This document shows positions 37,114 to 47,126 of a stretch of 64,000 bases of DNA, piece after piece. Position numbers and translations under genes: made by a program. Positions within the stretch are counted from its first letter, which is position 1; each line of letters starts with the position of its first letter. Under the pieces are notes generated by a model. The model was not told the origin of the DNA, made no database searches, and saw nothing but the letters and a program-made list of their open reading frames with translations. The stretch covers positions 1-64,000 of the IMG/VR virus record IMGVR_UViG_3300043331_001676; one strand, given 5' to 3'. This stretch comes from a virus.

Positions 37114-37656
37114 ATGCAAGCTTATGAGCCATTGAATGTCCTGCCGCCTGACATTCAGCAAGATTGGATGGCTAGTTTACAAAAGGCTGTACCAACCGAA
37201 AAAGGTGTCTTTCGGCTGGTGGGCATCCGCCGGACCAAGCCCAAATCTTTTGAGGAGCAGCGGGTTATTGTTCTGGTCGTTGATGAGAACGGCTTTCTGA
37301 TGCCGAACGTCCGGGTCGCCTTCTCTTACAGCACGGCTGACGGGTACGTGCTCACCCCCGATTTTCTGTGGAGTCCGCCCCCGCCCAGCAAAGCCTTCAT
37401 CGTGCCGACTGCCGGCAGCGGGCAGATTGACCAGGTGCAGGGCAGCGCGGTCAGGCCCGGCGAGCCGGGCGGGATCACGGTTTATATGCTTGAGCCGGAG
37501 TATTCCAGCGATGTGGTGACGGGGGCGGGCATGCTGGCCGATCACACCGGTCTGCACCTGATTTATCAACTTCGCCGCACGGGCATTGTGCCTTTGATGG
37601 AGCGGATCGCCAACCTTGAGGCGCGGGTGGTCGCGCTTGAAGCGTTACAAAATTAA
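37114..37656 (+). CDS. Hypothetical beta-rich protein with C-terminal short coil
   Basis: AAAGGAG RBS; VLVVDENG..MPNVRV, SDVVTG.GM..H motifs. Confidence 0.65.
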   Translation: MQAYEPLNVLPPDIQQDWMASLQKAVPTEKGVFRLVGIRRTKPKSFEEQRVIVLVVDENGFLMPNVRVAFSYSTADGYVLTPDFLWSPPPPSKAFIVPTAGSGQIDQVQGSAVRPGEPGGITVYMLEPEYSSDVVTGAGMLADHTGLHLIYQLRRTGIVPLMERIANLEARVVALEALQN

Positions 37657-37680
37657 ACCAAAACATCTTGGAGGTCAACG

Positions 37681-37992
37681 ATGTACCCAACTTTTGAGAA
37701 CCCGGCAACTTTACCTACAGCCGATGGTGGTCAGGTCAGGCAGACGCAAGTTTCCAGGGAGTGCGTGGGGCTGGTCGAGCAAACCGAAATACTGATGAAG
37801 CTGATCAGTAGTCTTGAGGACCGGCTGCACCCTATCCTTCGGCCCCATCCCACGCCACCCAATGGACGTATTTCGGAGGAGGAAAAAAGGGAACCGCTGG
37901 CGGCCCACGCCGAGTTCCTGCGTGTCCGAAACGCCCAGTTGAATGCCGGTATCCACATTCTGGAAGGCATCCCTAACCGGCTGGAGCTATAA
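37681..37992 (+). CDS. Hypothetical protein
   Basis: GGAGGT RBS. Confidence 0.6.
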   Translation: MYPTFENPATLPTADGGQVRQTQVSRECVGLVEQTEILMKLISSLEDRLHPILRPHPTPPNGRISEEEKREPLAAHAEFLRVRNAQLNAGIHILEGIPNRLEL

Positions 37993-37995
37993 GCG

Positions 37996-38373
37996 ATGAA
38001 ACGCAACCGCAAAGCTGAAGCCTTGAGGGATCAGCGCCGGCTCAGCCGGCAGGAAGCCGAGCGCAAGCAGGTGGCAATTCTTCTGACCGAGATGGAGCAG
38101 GCGGCAAGCCAGGTGCTGGCCGAGCACTTCAGCTTCACCGAGGAGCAAATCGCCCAATTTCTTGAACTCCTGCGCGCCCGCTACCGCGACATCCAGGCCC
38201 AGCCGCCTATCTTTAGCCAGGAGAAGCGGCTGGGGGTGGCCGCGCAAAAGTTCGGCCTGGCCGCCTTGCAGATACTCATCGAGGCTTACGGGTTCACCCC
38301 GGAACTGGCCGACGCCTGGCTAAAGAAGCTGATCGAGCAGGGGCATAGGAATCGAGCAGGAGAGAAAAAATGA
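37996..38373 (+). CDS. Hypothetical protein with an internal repeat (F.FT.E)
   Basis: GGAG RBS, operon tiling. Confidence 0.6.
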   Translation: MKRNRKAEALRDQRRLSRQEAERKQVAILLTEMEQAASQVLAEHFSFTEEQIAQFLELLRARYRDIQAQPPIFSQEKRLGVAAQKFGLAALQILIEAYGFTPELADAWLKKLIEQGHRNRAGEKK

Positions 38374-38499
38374 GCCGGTTTCTATGTATTAACAGGGGTG
38401 AATGGCAAAGCCGGGAAGGTGAGCCGGCCTTGTTCACCAGGCGGACATTATAAATGTAACTTAAGCTTTATTAAGTTACATTAACATAAGGATAACAAA

Positions 38500-38742
38500 A
38501 TGGTAGCAGTCTTAACCAAAACCGACCCACTGGAAGCCCTGAAACGGGCCAATGCCAAGGAAAGCTACGAGTGGCTGGCTACCAACAGTCCAGACCATTT
38601 CGATGCAGTTACGGTAGCAATAGAGCAAGGCGTCACGCCGGATGACGTTTATAGAGCCGTATATCGTGATACCTATAGACACGAGATCGCCCACCGCTGC
38701 CGGCTGGCGGCCCGCTGGATGACCATCCAGGCTTCGTCGTGA
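38500..38742 (+). CDS. Hypothetical protein
   Basis: AAGGA RBS after an AT-rich spacer. Confidence 0.6.
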   Translation: MVAVLTKTDPLEALKRANAKESYEWLATNSPDHFDAVTVAIEQGVTPDDVYRAVYRDTYRHEIAHRCRLAARWMTIQASS

Positions 38743-38813
38743 GCGCTCAGCCGAACGGCCGGGCAGGCCGCGGCCGCGTAAGACTTTCAAACGCTCGTTT
38801 GGAATTCTAGCCA

Positions 38814-40832
38814 ATGCCCGACCCCTTCGACGCAGCCCTTCGACTGGCTCAGGAGGAGCCTCAGGATGTACCCCTGATTGTCCAGCTCACCCGGCAATTC
38901 CAGGCTTCCCTTGACGCCAGAAATAGCGCGGCCATGCAGCAGATGGCCGCCGAGTGGCTCAAGGTCGAGGACCGGCTGCGTGCCGAGATCGAGCTTTTGG
39001 CCGCCGAGCTGGCCAGCCCACCTGGCCAGCCGCTCAAGCTCGACCCCGTGACCGAAATGGTGGTCAGGATGCGGGAGGCCGGCTACGCCCCGGACCGTAT
39101 CCAGCAGCTTCTCGCCTCTCAGGGCATCTTCAAAATCCCCGACATCCCCCAGCCGCAGGCCAAGGAACTTAAAGCCTGGCAACTCGCCAAACTCCAGCGC
39201 TATGTCCGGCTGCTGGCCCAGGTGCAGCAGGAGATCGAGCGCTTCACGGGCCAGACCGCCACGCCGGTGATTGACCAACTGCTGGCCGATAGCGCCTTCG
39301 CCGGCCTCGAAGATGCCCTGACCCTCATCAATGCCACGATCACCGCGAGCGGCGGCAACGCCATTGACTTTGGCTTCGACCGGCTGGGCATCGAGGCGGT
39401 CCAGAATATCGTGGCTGTAGCTTCAGCCGGCAAGCCGCTCGGCGACCTGCTCCAGGCGGCCTACCCGCTGGCTGCCGGCGGGATCACGGATAGGCTGATC
39501 TACGGCACGGCTGCCGGCTGGAACCCGCGCAAGACGGCCAGGGCGATCATTAACGAGGGCCTGGCGCAGGGGCTGAATCATATTCTGCTTGTCGCGCGGG
39601 ATCAGCAGGTAAGGAATTACCGCGAGGCCAGCCGGCAGCAGTATCTAAAAAGCGGGGTCGTCCAGCAATATCGCCGGCTGGCGGCCAGGCAGTCGCGTTC
39701 GTGCCTGGCCTGCCTGGCCCTGGATGGCACGATCCAGGACGTGGCCGAACTTATGGCCCTACACCCCCAGGATAGATGCTCGATCATCCCTCTCGTCCCC
39801 GGCTTTGATCCTATTCCCACCGAAAGCGGCGAAGCCTGGTTCAATAGGCAGCCCGCCGAGGTGCAGCGGCGGATGATGGGGCCGGGTAGGTATAATGCCT
39901 GGAAAGCCGGCAAGTTCAAGTTCAATCAGTTAGCTACGATCAAGCCCAACGCTACCTGGGGGCCATCGGCGCAGGTAACGCCGCTTAAGGACCTGCTCAA
40001 GGGCCGGGGAGGATTTACCCCTGCTACACCACCTGAGCCGCAGCCTATTCCAACCCCCGGCCAGACGCAGCCGCTAACCGGCCCGGCTGCCCGCAAGCTG
40101 ATCGAGGCGATGAGTCAGGAAAGCCAGTTGGCCCAGTACCGGACGCAGATTGCGGACCAGGAGCGATTGGCTGAGGCTGCCTTTAAGGCCGGTGACGTTG
40201 CCAGCGCGACGGCGCTCCTTGATCAATCAACCGAAGTCCTGGTGCAGCTCAGGCAGGCCGAGGAGGAGGTCAAGACGCGGATCCGGGAGAATTTGCTCTA
40301 TGTCCAGACCCCGGCTACCTTCCAGGTCAATTTTGCCAGCCGGTTCAACAGAGAGCTAAAAGCCCGCTACCAGGTCGGCCTGGATGCTTTTGCCAGGATG
40401 GTCGGCTTAAGAACACTGGATGGCCAGACCGTCCAGGTCAAGGCCAGGCGCGGCGGTGGCCGGGCTTACTATGACCGGATGGCAATTGTTCTATCCAGGG
40501 GAACGGGTGAGCGGGTGGTCATCCATGAGGCCGGCCACTGGCTGGAAGACCTGGACCCGGAAGTGCATCGGAAGGCTCTGGAATTCTATGATCGCCGGAC
40601 CCAGGGCGAGCAGGTGGAATGGCTGGGGCCGGGCTACAGCCGCTGGGAGGTAACTCGGCGGGACAAGTTCTTGAGCGATTATATGGGTAAAGAGTATAAG
40701 GATCGCCGGGGCGAACGGTACGCGACCGAGATTATTTCAATGGGGATGGAATATATGTGGGATGACCCGGTCCGACTGGCGACAGAAGACCCGGATTACT
40801 TTGACTTTATCTTTGAGGTGCTGCGGGGTTAG
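38814..40832 (+). CDS. MuF / SPP1 gp7-like minor head protein with C-terminal HExxH domain
   Basis: RSCLACLALDG...HPQDRCS MuF motif; C-terminal VIHEAGHWLE...EIISMG. Confidence 0.85.
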   Translation: MPDPFDAALRLAQEEPQDVPLIVQLTRQFQASLDARNSAAMQQMAAEWLKVEDRLRAEIELLAAELASPPGQPLKLDPVTEMVVRMREAGYAPDRIQQLLASQGIFKIPDIPQPQAKELKAWQLAKLQRYVRLLAQVQQEIERFTGQTATPVIDQLLADSAFAGLEDALTLINATITASGGNAIDFGFDRLGIEAVQNIVAVASAGKPLGDLLQAAYPLAAGGITDRLIYGTAAGWNPRKTARAIINEGLAQGLNHILLVARDQQVRNYREASRQQYLKSGVVQQYRRLAARQSRSCLACLALDGTIQDVAELMALHPQDRCSIIPLVPGFDPIPTESGEAWFNRQPAEVQRRMMGPGRYNAWKAGKFKFNQLATIKPNATWGPSAQVTPLKDLLKGRGGFTPATPPEPQPIPTPGQTQPLTGPAARKLIEAMSQESQLAQYRTQIADQERLAEAAFKAGDVASATALLDQSTEVLVQLRQAEEEVKTRIRENLLYVQTPATFQVNFASRFNRELKARYQVGLDAFARMVGLRTLDGQTVQVKARRGGGRAYYDRMAIVLSRGTGERVVIHEAGHWLEDLDPEVHRKALEFYDRRTQGEQVEWLGPGYSRWEVTRRDKFLSDYMGKEYKDRRGERYATEIISMGMEYMWDDPVRLATEDPDYFDFIFEVLRG

Positions 40833-41062
40833 AGAATACGACCTTCCGGCTCTTCTGCCGGGGCCTCGGCAGCGACGATCACGCCGCCGAGCCGGCCCAC
40901 CGCATCCTGGGCGGCGGTCAGGTCCGGGTTGGGGTCGGCACCGGAAGGGCCGGCGGGGTTGAGCATGGCGTTCAGTGCGGCCTCCAGCGACGGGTCGGCG
41001 CTGGTCCAGCGGTAATCGGTTATGGTGGCCTCAAGCGGGCCGATGCGGATGGTTGCGCTCAC
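40829..41062 (-). CDS. Small acidic protein convergent with MuF
   Basis: Plausible composition; stop abuts the MuF stop. Confidence 0.55.
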   Translation of the reverse strand: MSATIRIGPLEATITDYRWTSADPSLEAALNAMLNPAGPSGADPNPDLTAAQDAVGRLGGVIVAAEAPAEEPEGRIL

Positions 41063-41167
41063 AAGTTTCCAGATATTCCCTTCCTGAGTAGTATATCATA
41101 TCCCGATCCCCAAAATCAACTTTGAAACGCGCGTTGCAAAATAGGTTATTATGAGAGGCGGGTTAAA

Positions 41168-41395
41168 ATGAGCGATGGACTTAACTTTGCAAAGCTGGCT
41201 GAAGCGTGGGACGCTATTTGCCCGCCGCCTTACTACGCAATCGGCGAATACATAGAGCCGGGCAAGGTGCTCTGGGTAAGCGAAGGCAGGCATTACCCGG
41301 AATACATCGTTTGCCACCCGGATGATCTTGAAATGTTTAAGCGCAATATCGTGGGCCGGCGACTGGCCCCCTTGCAGGATTGGCGGCCGGCGTAG
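41168..41395 (+). CDS. Hypothetical protein
   Basis: GAGG RBS; palindrome box upstream. Confidence 0.55.
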   Translation: MSDGLNFAKLAEAWDAICPPPYYAIGEYIEPGKVLWVSEGRHYPEYIVCHPDDLEMFKRNIVGRRLAPLQDWRPA

Positions 41396-42794
41396 GCTTC
41401 GGTCATGCTGCCAGTTCTGGCACCCGAACCTGCTCAGGAGTGATGGGTATCGCCTGCCCCTCCCATTTTGGGCCACAAGTGCCTGGGTTTTGCGGTACTC
41501 GTCGGCCTGAGCGATCAGGGTAAATTCTATCTCCCCGTGATTTTGACGGACAACCTCCTGGATTTCGGCCAGGCTAACCCTGAAGAATTCCTTGCGTAAG
41601 TTGACCTGGTTGATACGCCTGGAGTCGAAACAGTTGTGTAGCTTCGTCTCCAGGGTAGGCGCGTCCTCGCAGAAGATTAGGGCGTGAATGTCGAAGGGGA
41701 ACGGCACGGAAGCGTCGCCCAACTCCTGGATGCGCTCCTCCGGCACAAGCCGGCGCGTCATCCCGATCTTGTATATATCCTCGCCAAAAGAGCCGATGTT
41801 TGAAATGATATAGACATGGCCTGATCGGGTCATCTGGGCGCGGGACATAGCCCGCTCTTTTTGCTCCTGGGCCTCTATTAGCCGCTGCTGAAGCAGCTCG
41901 ATTTGTGCCTGTAGCTTGTCGTGTCTTGCTCCGGTGGCCTGCTCCATTTCAATGCGAGCCTGCTCTAGGGCCTCTTGATACCGCCGCTCTTCCTTCTCGG
42001 CATCCTGCTGCGCTTTTTCTATCTCGCGGCGAGCAATCTCTTCTTGCCGCATCTGCTCGCGGATCTGGCGCTGCTCTTCCTTCTCGGCGTATAGTTTCTC
42101 CTGGTATTCGTGGACCAGGTGCAATTCTTCGATCTTCAGGTCAAAATAGGCTTCATTGATCCAGCAGGTTTTGGTTTTGCCGAGTTTGTTGATGGCATCA
42201 TATAGCGATTTAATGCGCTCTCCGATCCGCTGAATGTTGTCATATTTCACCTTCATAATCAGAGCATCGCACTCCCCGTTGAAGGCTCGCAGCATGAGCT
42301 TCATCTCTTCTTCAACCATCTTGCGGCCTTCCTTCTTGCTGCCGTGAACCGTCCATTCCGTGCCGCAAATGACGGCCTGTTTGGCCTGGATCATTTGCTT
42401 CTGGCGCTGGTGGATTTTATCTATTTCCAGCTTATATCGCTCGGAGGAGCCAAAGTCATATTTTGGTTCATATAAACCGTAGCTTTGAATGTCCAATTCA
42501 CCATCCAGGCTTTTCAACTGGGCATTTAGCTCGGCAATAGCCTTTTTTGATCTTCACCCCTTCTTCTTTCAGCCGATCCTGTTCGGCCTTCAATTGTTCA
42601 TTCTTTTCAGTCAACTTATTGCTGACACTTCTGATTTTGTCCTGCTCGGCCTCAAGGTCGCTAATACCCTTGTACCTGTGCAGCCGCTTCCTCATACCAA
42701 GAAGCTCGTACACCAACCAGCCGATAACGACCAGTGCCGCGATAAACAGTGCGGCTACAAAGAAAGCGATTAAAAAAGATTGCATATTAGACAT
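41396..42794 (-). pseudogene. DUF4041 + T5orf172 (MUG113-like) protein, frameshifted
   Basis: MLRAFNGECD, GHVYIISNIGSFGE..YKIGMTRR, DASVPFPFDIH, RKEFF; N-terminal TM/coil part is out of frame at an A6 run (42543-42548). Confidence 0.75.
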
Positions 42795-42961
42795 TTTTTA
42801 CGCTCCTACACGTGTCTAAAATGGCCTGAAGTGCCGGCTTCTTCCCCATCCTTATTATAAAATTGCCAGGTGTGTATTCGGTTTGAATCCACGTTCGATA
42901 TATTTTCGGCGGGACTAAATTCCTACACCCTGCCACGTTAAGCCTGTTCAAAATCACCCTA

Positions 42962-42990
42962 TTGCCAACTTCTGTGTCTTATGGTAAAAT
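42962..42990 (+). promoter_or_regulatory. Promoter upstream of the head genes
   Basis: TTGCCA-17 nt-TAAAAT with extended -10 TG. Confidence 0.7.
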
Positions 42991-43114
42991 AAATCCAAGC
43001 GGCGGCCTCTGTGGGGGATTCGCCGTTTTTTTGTCCCCCAGGGAGATGCGACGAAGGACCCAACGGGCCGAATCTGGCCCGTAGAGGCCAAGTGCTAATG
43101 CCTGGAGAAGTCAC

Positions 43115-43261
43115 GTGCCGGAATGGCTACTAAAGCTCGCTCGTCGTTTGATGGCCTTACCAGAGGGTCGCTATCAAATAACAGTGACTATCGGGCCGGG
43201 CAATTATTATGACTGCACAGTGACCGAACTCGGCAAAGTTGAGATTTTAGGCAAAAAGTAA
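43115..43261 (+). CDS. Small protein (48 aa, VPEWLLKLARRLMALPEGRYQITVTIG), not in the ORF track
   Basis: GGAG RBS, GTG start, protein-like composition. Confidence 0.55.
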   Translation: MPEWLLKLARRLMALPEGRYQITVTIGPGNYYDCTVTELGKVEILGKK

Positions 43262-43314
43262 CTTTGCCTGGCCCGGCCACCATACCGGGTAACAGCACCA
43301 GGAACGTTAGATAC

Positions 43315-43352
43315 ACGGGGCTAAGACAACTGTCTTAGCCCCGTTTCTTTTT
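43315..43352 (+). terminator. Intrinsic terminator just before the scaffold gene
   Basis: ACGGGGCTAAGACA/TGTCTTAGCCCCGT followed by TTCTTTTT. Confidence 0.75.
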
Positions 43353-43372
43353 ATCACTCAGGGAGTGCAACT

Positions 43373-44221
43373 ATGTTCGTTCGCCAAAACTTACTGACCC
43401 GGCTCTTTTGGTTTCTTGTCCCGCTTCTGGCCATCTACCAAAGCGACCCGCCAGCCCTGCCGCCGGCTGCCCCACCCGCTCCCCCAGCCCCAGCCCCACC
43501 TACCTCCCCACCCGCCGACCCGGGTGCCGGCGTGCAGGCCCTGATCGCTCGCCACAACAACGACCTGATGCGGGTGATTGACCATCTGTACGGCGACAAC
43601 TTTAGCCTGCGGGAAAAGAACCGGACCCTGAAGGAGCAGGTAAAGGACCTGGGAGAGAAAGCGCCGAAGGATGGCGCGGTGGTCCTGACCAAGGCCGAGG
43701 CCGATCTACTGGAGAGCTACAAGGCCCTCGGCGACATCGAAACGCTAAAGACCGCTCAAAGTGAGCGGGATCAATTCAAGGGAGAGCTAGGAGCGCTCCG
43801 CAAAGACGGCATCCTGCGGGACGTGGCCGAGGTTAGCTCATTCAAGTTCCCGGTACTCAAGACGCTGAGTGAGAACAAAGCGCTCAACGGCGAGACCGAA
43901 CTTGAATTCGAGATCAAAGAAGTCGAGAAGGACGGCCAGAGAAAGAAGGTGGCCTTTGTCAAGAACGGCCCTTCGACAGGCTCAGGACAGGCTTCAGGCG
44001 AAGCCAAACCCCTGGCCGACTACGCCACCGAAAAGTGGGCCGACTTCCTGCCCTCGCTGCAAGCCCAGCCCCAGCCACAAACGAACGGCGTGCCGTATCC
44101 AAGCCAGACAACCGGCGGGCCGCCAGCGCCATCCAACGTCCTGGCCGACTTCAAGAAGCAGAGCCAGGAAGCCCGCGCGGCGCAGCCCAACCCATTGAAT
44201 CCGGTAGTAGGTAGTAAGTAG
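43373..44221 (+). CDS. Capsid scaffolding protein
   Basis: Pro-rich N-terminus, coiled coil, position before the capsid genes. Confidence 0.7.
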   Translation: MFVRQNLLTRLFWFLVPLLAIYQSDPPALPPAAPPAPPAPAPPTSPPADPGAGVQALIARHNNDLMRVIDHLYGDNFSLREKNRTLKEQVKDLGEKAPKDGAVVLTKAEADLLESYKALGDIETLKTAQSERDQFKGELGALRKDGILRDVAEVSSFKFPVLKTLSENKALNGETELEFEIKEVEKDGQRKKVAFVKNGPSTGSGQASGEAKPLADYATEKWADFLPSLQAQPQPQTNGVPYPSQTTGGPPAPSNVLADFKKQSQEARAAQPNPLNPVVGSK

Positions 44222-44271
44222 TAGGGAGTAGGGGAATTTCCCCGTCTACCGTCTACCGTCTACCGTCTACC
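44203..44271. repeat. Paired heptamer arrays (GTAGTAG)n / (CTACCGT)n
   Basis: Direct reading; related arrays at 48315-48360 and 49875-49986. Confidence 0.85.
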
Positions 44272-44294
44272 TCCCAAGAAGGAGATCTCCTATT

Positions 44295-44954
44295 ATGACC
44301 CGACAGACCTTTTATGTTACCAAACCACCCTTTGTGGTTGATTCCAAATCCATTGACCGCAACAGCGGCCGGCAGATAGATTGGTCGGTCGTGCCCGATA
44401 GCTATCGGATGGGCGCGGTCAAGGTCGCGGCTGCGACCGTCGCCGATTCCGGCGCGACCACCATGGCCATTACGGCCATCACCGGCGCGATCCCCAGCGG
44501 TACGAACCTTTATTTCGGCCAGGCCGGCGAATTCGCCCGGCTGGCTGCTGCGGCGGCTGCCGGCGCGACCGCGCTGACCGTGGATGCCCTGGGCACCACG
44601 ATTGAGAGCGGCGACGTGGCCTACTACCCCGGCACCGGGGCCAAGACCCTGCCTGCCGGCAAGCTCCTGGTCGAATTGTCCAGTGGCAAGGTAGCCACTC
44701 GCGCTGAACGGCCCGGTTCTGAGGCGGCCTTTGGGTTTCTCGAAACCAACGCTATCGAGAACGAACCCAGCCACGCCCTGACCGGCTACGGCGTCATCGT
44801 CGGCGGGGTGCTGTTTGAGAACCTGCTGCCGGATGCGGCTGCCGGCACCACCGGCGCGCTGACCGATGCCTACAAGCAGGAGCTGGTCGGCAACACCTCC
44901 AACCCCAAGTCCACCGGCTTTGTCTTTGAACAATACGCCGATAACCGCAGTTAG
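44295..44954 (+). CDS. Head decoration / minor capsid protein
   Basis: KTLPAGK...AFGFL...G.LFENLLP; directly before the major capsid gene. Confidence 0.7.
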   Translation: MTRQTFYVTKPPFVVDSKSIDRNSGRQIDWSVVPDSYRMGAVKVAAATVADSGATTMAITAITGAIPSGTNLYFGQAGEFARLAAAAAAGATALTVDALGTTIESGDVAYYPGTGAKTLPAGKLLVELSSGKVATRAERPGSEAAFGFLETNAIENEPSHALTGYGVIVGGVLFENLLPDAAAGTTGALTDAYKQELVGNTSNPKSTGFVFEQYADNRS

Positions 44955-44991
44955 CCAGGGGCTAAAGCAAAGAAAGATAAGGAGATAAACC

Positions 44992-46107
44992 ATGAACTTC
45001 AATTTTGCTCAAGCCCTGGCCGCCCTGCCCCCAGACGCGGCTTTCCAGATCGCCAACGAGGCCCGGCCCCCGGCCAGCTACCTGTTTGCGACACTGCTGC
45101 CGGAGCGGCCGGTCTATGACTACCAGGCCAAGGCCGGCTCGATGACCGTGCGGACGACAATGGCCGGCCTGGCCGCGATGGACTCGCCCTATCCTGAAGG
45201 CGGACTGATCGAGGTCGAGACCTTCAGTGAGAATACTGCCAAGGTCGCCAACCGGGTCCGGCTGCCTGAAGCCGCGCTCCGCCAGCTTCAGAATATGGTC
45301 AAGGAGCTGATGCTCAGTAACCAGCCGACCCTGGAAGTCCTCCAGCGCGAGGCCCTCAACTTCGTGGACAAGCTCATCGTCCAGGCCCACCTGGACACCT
45401 TTGAGTGGCTGCGCGGCAAGGCTCTGGTGACTGGCGCAATCAATTGGACCTTCAACAAGAAGCAACTGTTGGTGGATTACGGCATTCCCTCGGCCAACCT
45501 GCTGACCAACCGGACCGGCAATGATGCCTACAGCGGCAGCGCCTCCAAGTTCTGGGACGATGTCCAGTCGGCCCGGCGCAAGCTCAAACGCGCCATCCGG
45601 GCGGCCATCGCCCACCCGGACACGATTGACGACATCGTGTACAACAGCGCTAACTCCATCTGGAATGCGAGCGAGGGCAGCGGCGGGGCGATCACCATCA
45701 CCCGGCGCGCCGGCGGGCAGAGTACGGCAGACCGGGCCGAGGAGACCGAACTATACCGGATCACCCTGATCCCTTACGGCCTGGAAGGCGAGATCTTCGA
45801 CCTGGCCAACCCCGGCCAGACCGTGACCGTGCCCTTCATGCCGCGCGGCAAGGTGCTCTTTATCGGCAACGAGGCCCGCCCCCGCTTCATCGTGGGCGAA
45901 GGCTCGACGCCGGAAGTGCAGAACGCGCTGGGCTACACCCACCTGGCCCCGACCGTCGAGGGCGGCGGACGGCCCGGACGCTGGAGCCGGGTCTACACGC
46001 CCGAAGCCGAGCCGTGGGCGCTGGAGGCTCAGGGAGTAAGTAATGGCCTCCCCGTGATCGAAAATGTTAATTTGATCGTGGTTAGTTCCACGGACATGAG
46101 TGCGTAA
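44992..46107 (+). CDS. Major capsid protein (gpE-like)
   Basis: 371 aa; EWLRGKALVTG.I...VDYGIP; AAGGAG RBS. Confidence 0.88.
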   Translation: MNFNFAQALAALPPDAAFQIANEARPPASYLFATLLPERPVYDYQAKAGSMTVRTTMAGLAAMDSPYPEGGLIEVETFSENTAKVANRVRLPEAALRQLQNMVKELMLSNQPTLEVLQREALNFVDKLIVQAHLDTFEWLRGKALVTGAINWTFNKKQLLVDYGIPSANLLTNRTGNDAYSGSASKFWDDVQSARRKLKRAIRAAIAHPDTIDDIVYNSANSIWNASEGSGGAITITRRAGGQSTADRAEETELYRITLIPYGLEGEIFDLANPGQTVTVPFMPRGKVLFIGNEARPRFIVGEGSTPEVQNALGYTHLAPTVEGGGRPGRWSRVYTPEAEPWALEAQGVSNGLPVIENVNLIVVSSTDMSA

Positions 46108-46208
46108 GTTTCAAAGAGGTGGCAGCCGCTCACAGTAGCGGCCGCCACCGCCTTAAAGCGTCCATTCTCACACCCCTAAAGGGTGTGCCAGGGGCAGGGA
46201 GAATTGTT

Positions 46209-47108
46209 ATGGAGCAGACATTCAAGATCATGCTGGCCCGCTTCCCCGGCGGGGATGCCGAGCACCCGGCCGAGGTGAACTGGATCATCAACACCCTGCT
46301 GTTTTGCAAGGATGATCCGCGCATCGGCGGCCTGGAGCACTTCTTTCTCAACGACACGCCGGTGACGATGTCGCGCAACCGCTGCGTCCGCGAGGCGATT
46401 GCGAGGGGTGTGGACATCCTGCTCATGGTGGACAGCGACATGGGGCCGGACCTGGTCAATGCCGACCACTGGTTCTGGCCCAGTGCGCTGGATTTCATCG
46501 CCAGCCGCTGGCACATCGCGCCAACGATCATCGCCGCGCCCTACTGCGGCCCGCCGCCGCACGAGAATGTCTACATCTTCCGCTGGCGCAAGTACCAATC
46601 CGACCACGCCAACCCCGACTACAAGCTGGACCAGTTCACCCGCGAAGAGGCGGCGGAGCGCAAGGGCATCGAGGCCGTGGCTGCTCTGCCGACAGGACTT
46701 ATCGCCATTGATATGCGGGTTTTTACCGGCTTCAAAGCAGGTGATGAGCTTCTCAGGCTCCCCACGCCCTGGTTCTACTACGAGTGGTCGGACGAGTATC
46801 AGAGCCACAAAGCCTCAACCGAGGACGTGACCTTTACCCGTGACGTGCACCTGCTCTTTGGCGCGCACGGCCTGGACACCGTCTTTGTGGATTGGGACGC
46901 CTGGGCGGTCCACTTCAAGACCAAGGGTGTGCCGAAGCCGGCGATGGTTGATCCCGGCGGGCTGGCCCGGCTATTCAAGCAGCGGGCCAGCGAAGTGGCC
47001 CGTAGGAGTGCCGGCCCAATGGGTCCCCAGGCGCTCGGTTCTGTGCCAGCAAACGGCCAGGAGCATGAGCCGCTCACGGTCAACGTTCCTGCCTTTATGC
47101 GACCGTAA
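46209..47108 (+). CDS. GT-A fold (GT2-like) glycosyltransferase
   Basis: SRNRCV, LMVDSDM (DxD), TGLIAIDMRVF, PWF, TEDVTF, H. Confidence 0.8.
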   Translation: MEQTFKIMLARFPGGDAEHPAEVNWIINTLLFCKDDPRIGGLEHFFLNDTPVTMSRNRCVREAIARGVDILLMVDSDMGPDLVNADHWFWPSALDFIASRWHIAPTIIAAPYCGPPPHENVYIFRWRKYQSDHANPDYKLDQFTREEAAERKGIEAVAALPTGLIAIDMRVFTGFKAGDELLRLPTPWFYYEWSDEYQSHKASTEDVTFTRDVHLLFGAHGLDTVFVDWDAWAVHFKTKGVPKPAMVDPGGLARLFKQRASEVARRSAGPMGPQALGSVPANGQEHEPLTVNVPAFMRP

Positions 47109-47126
47109 ACAGAAAGAGGTCCTTAA

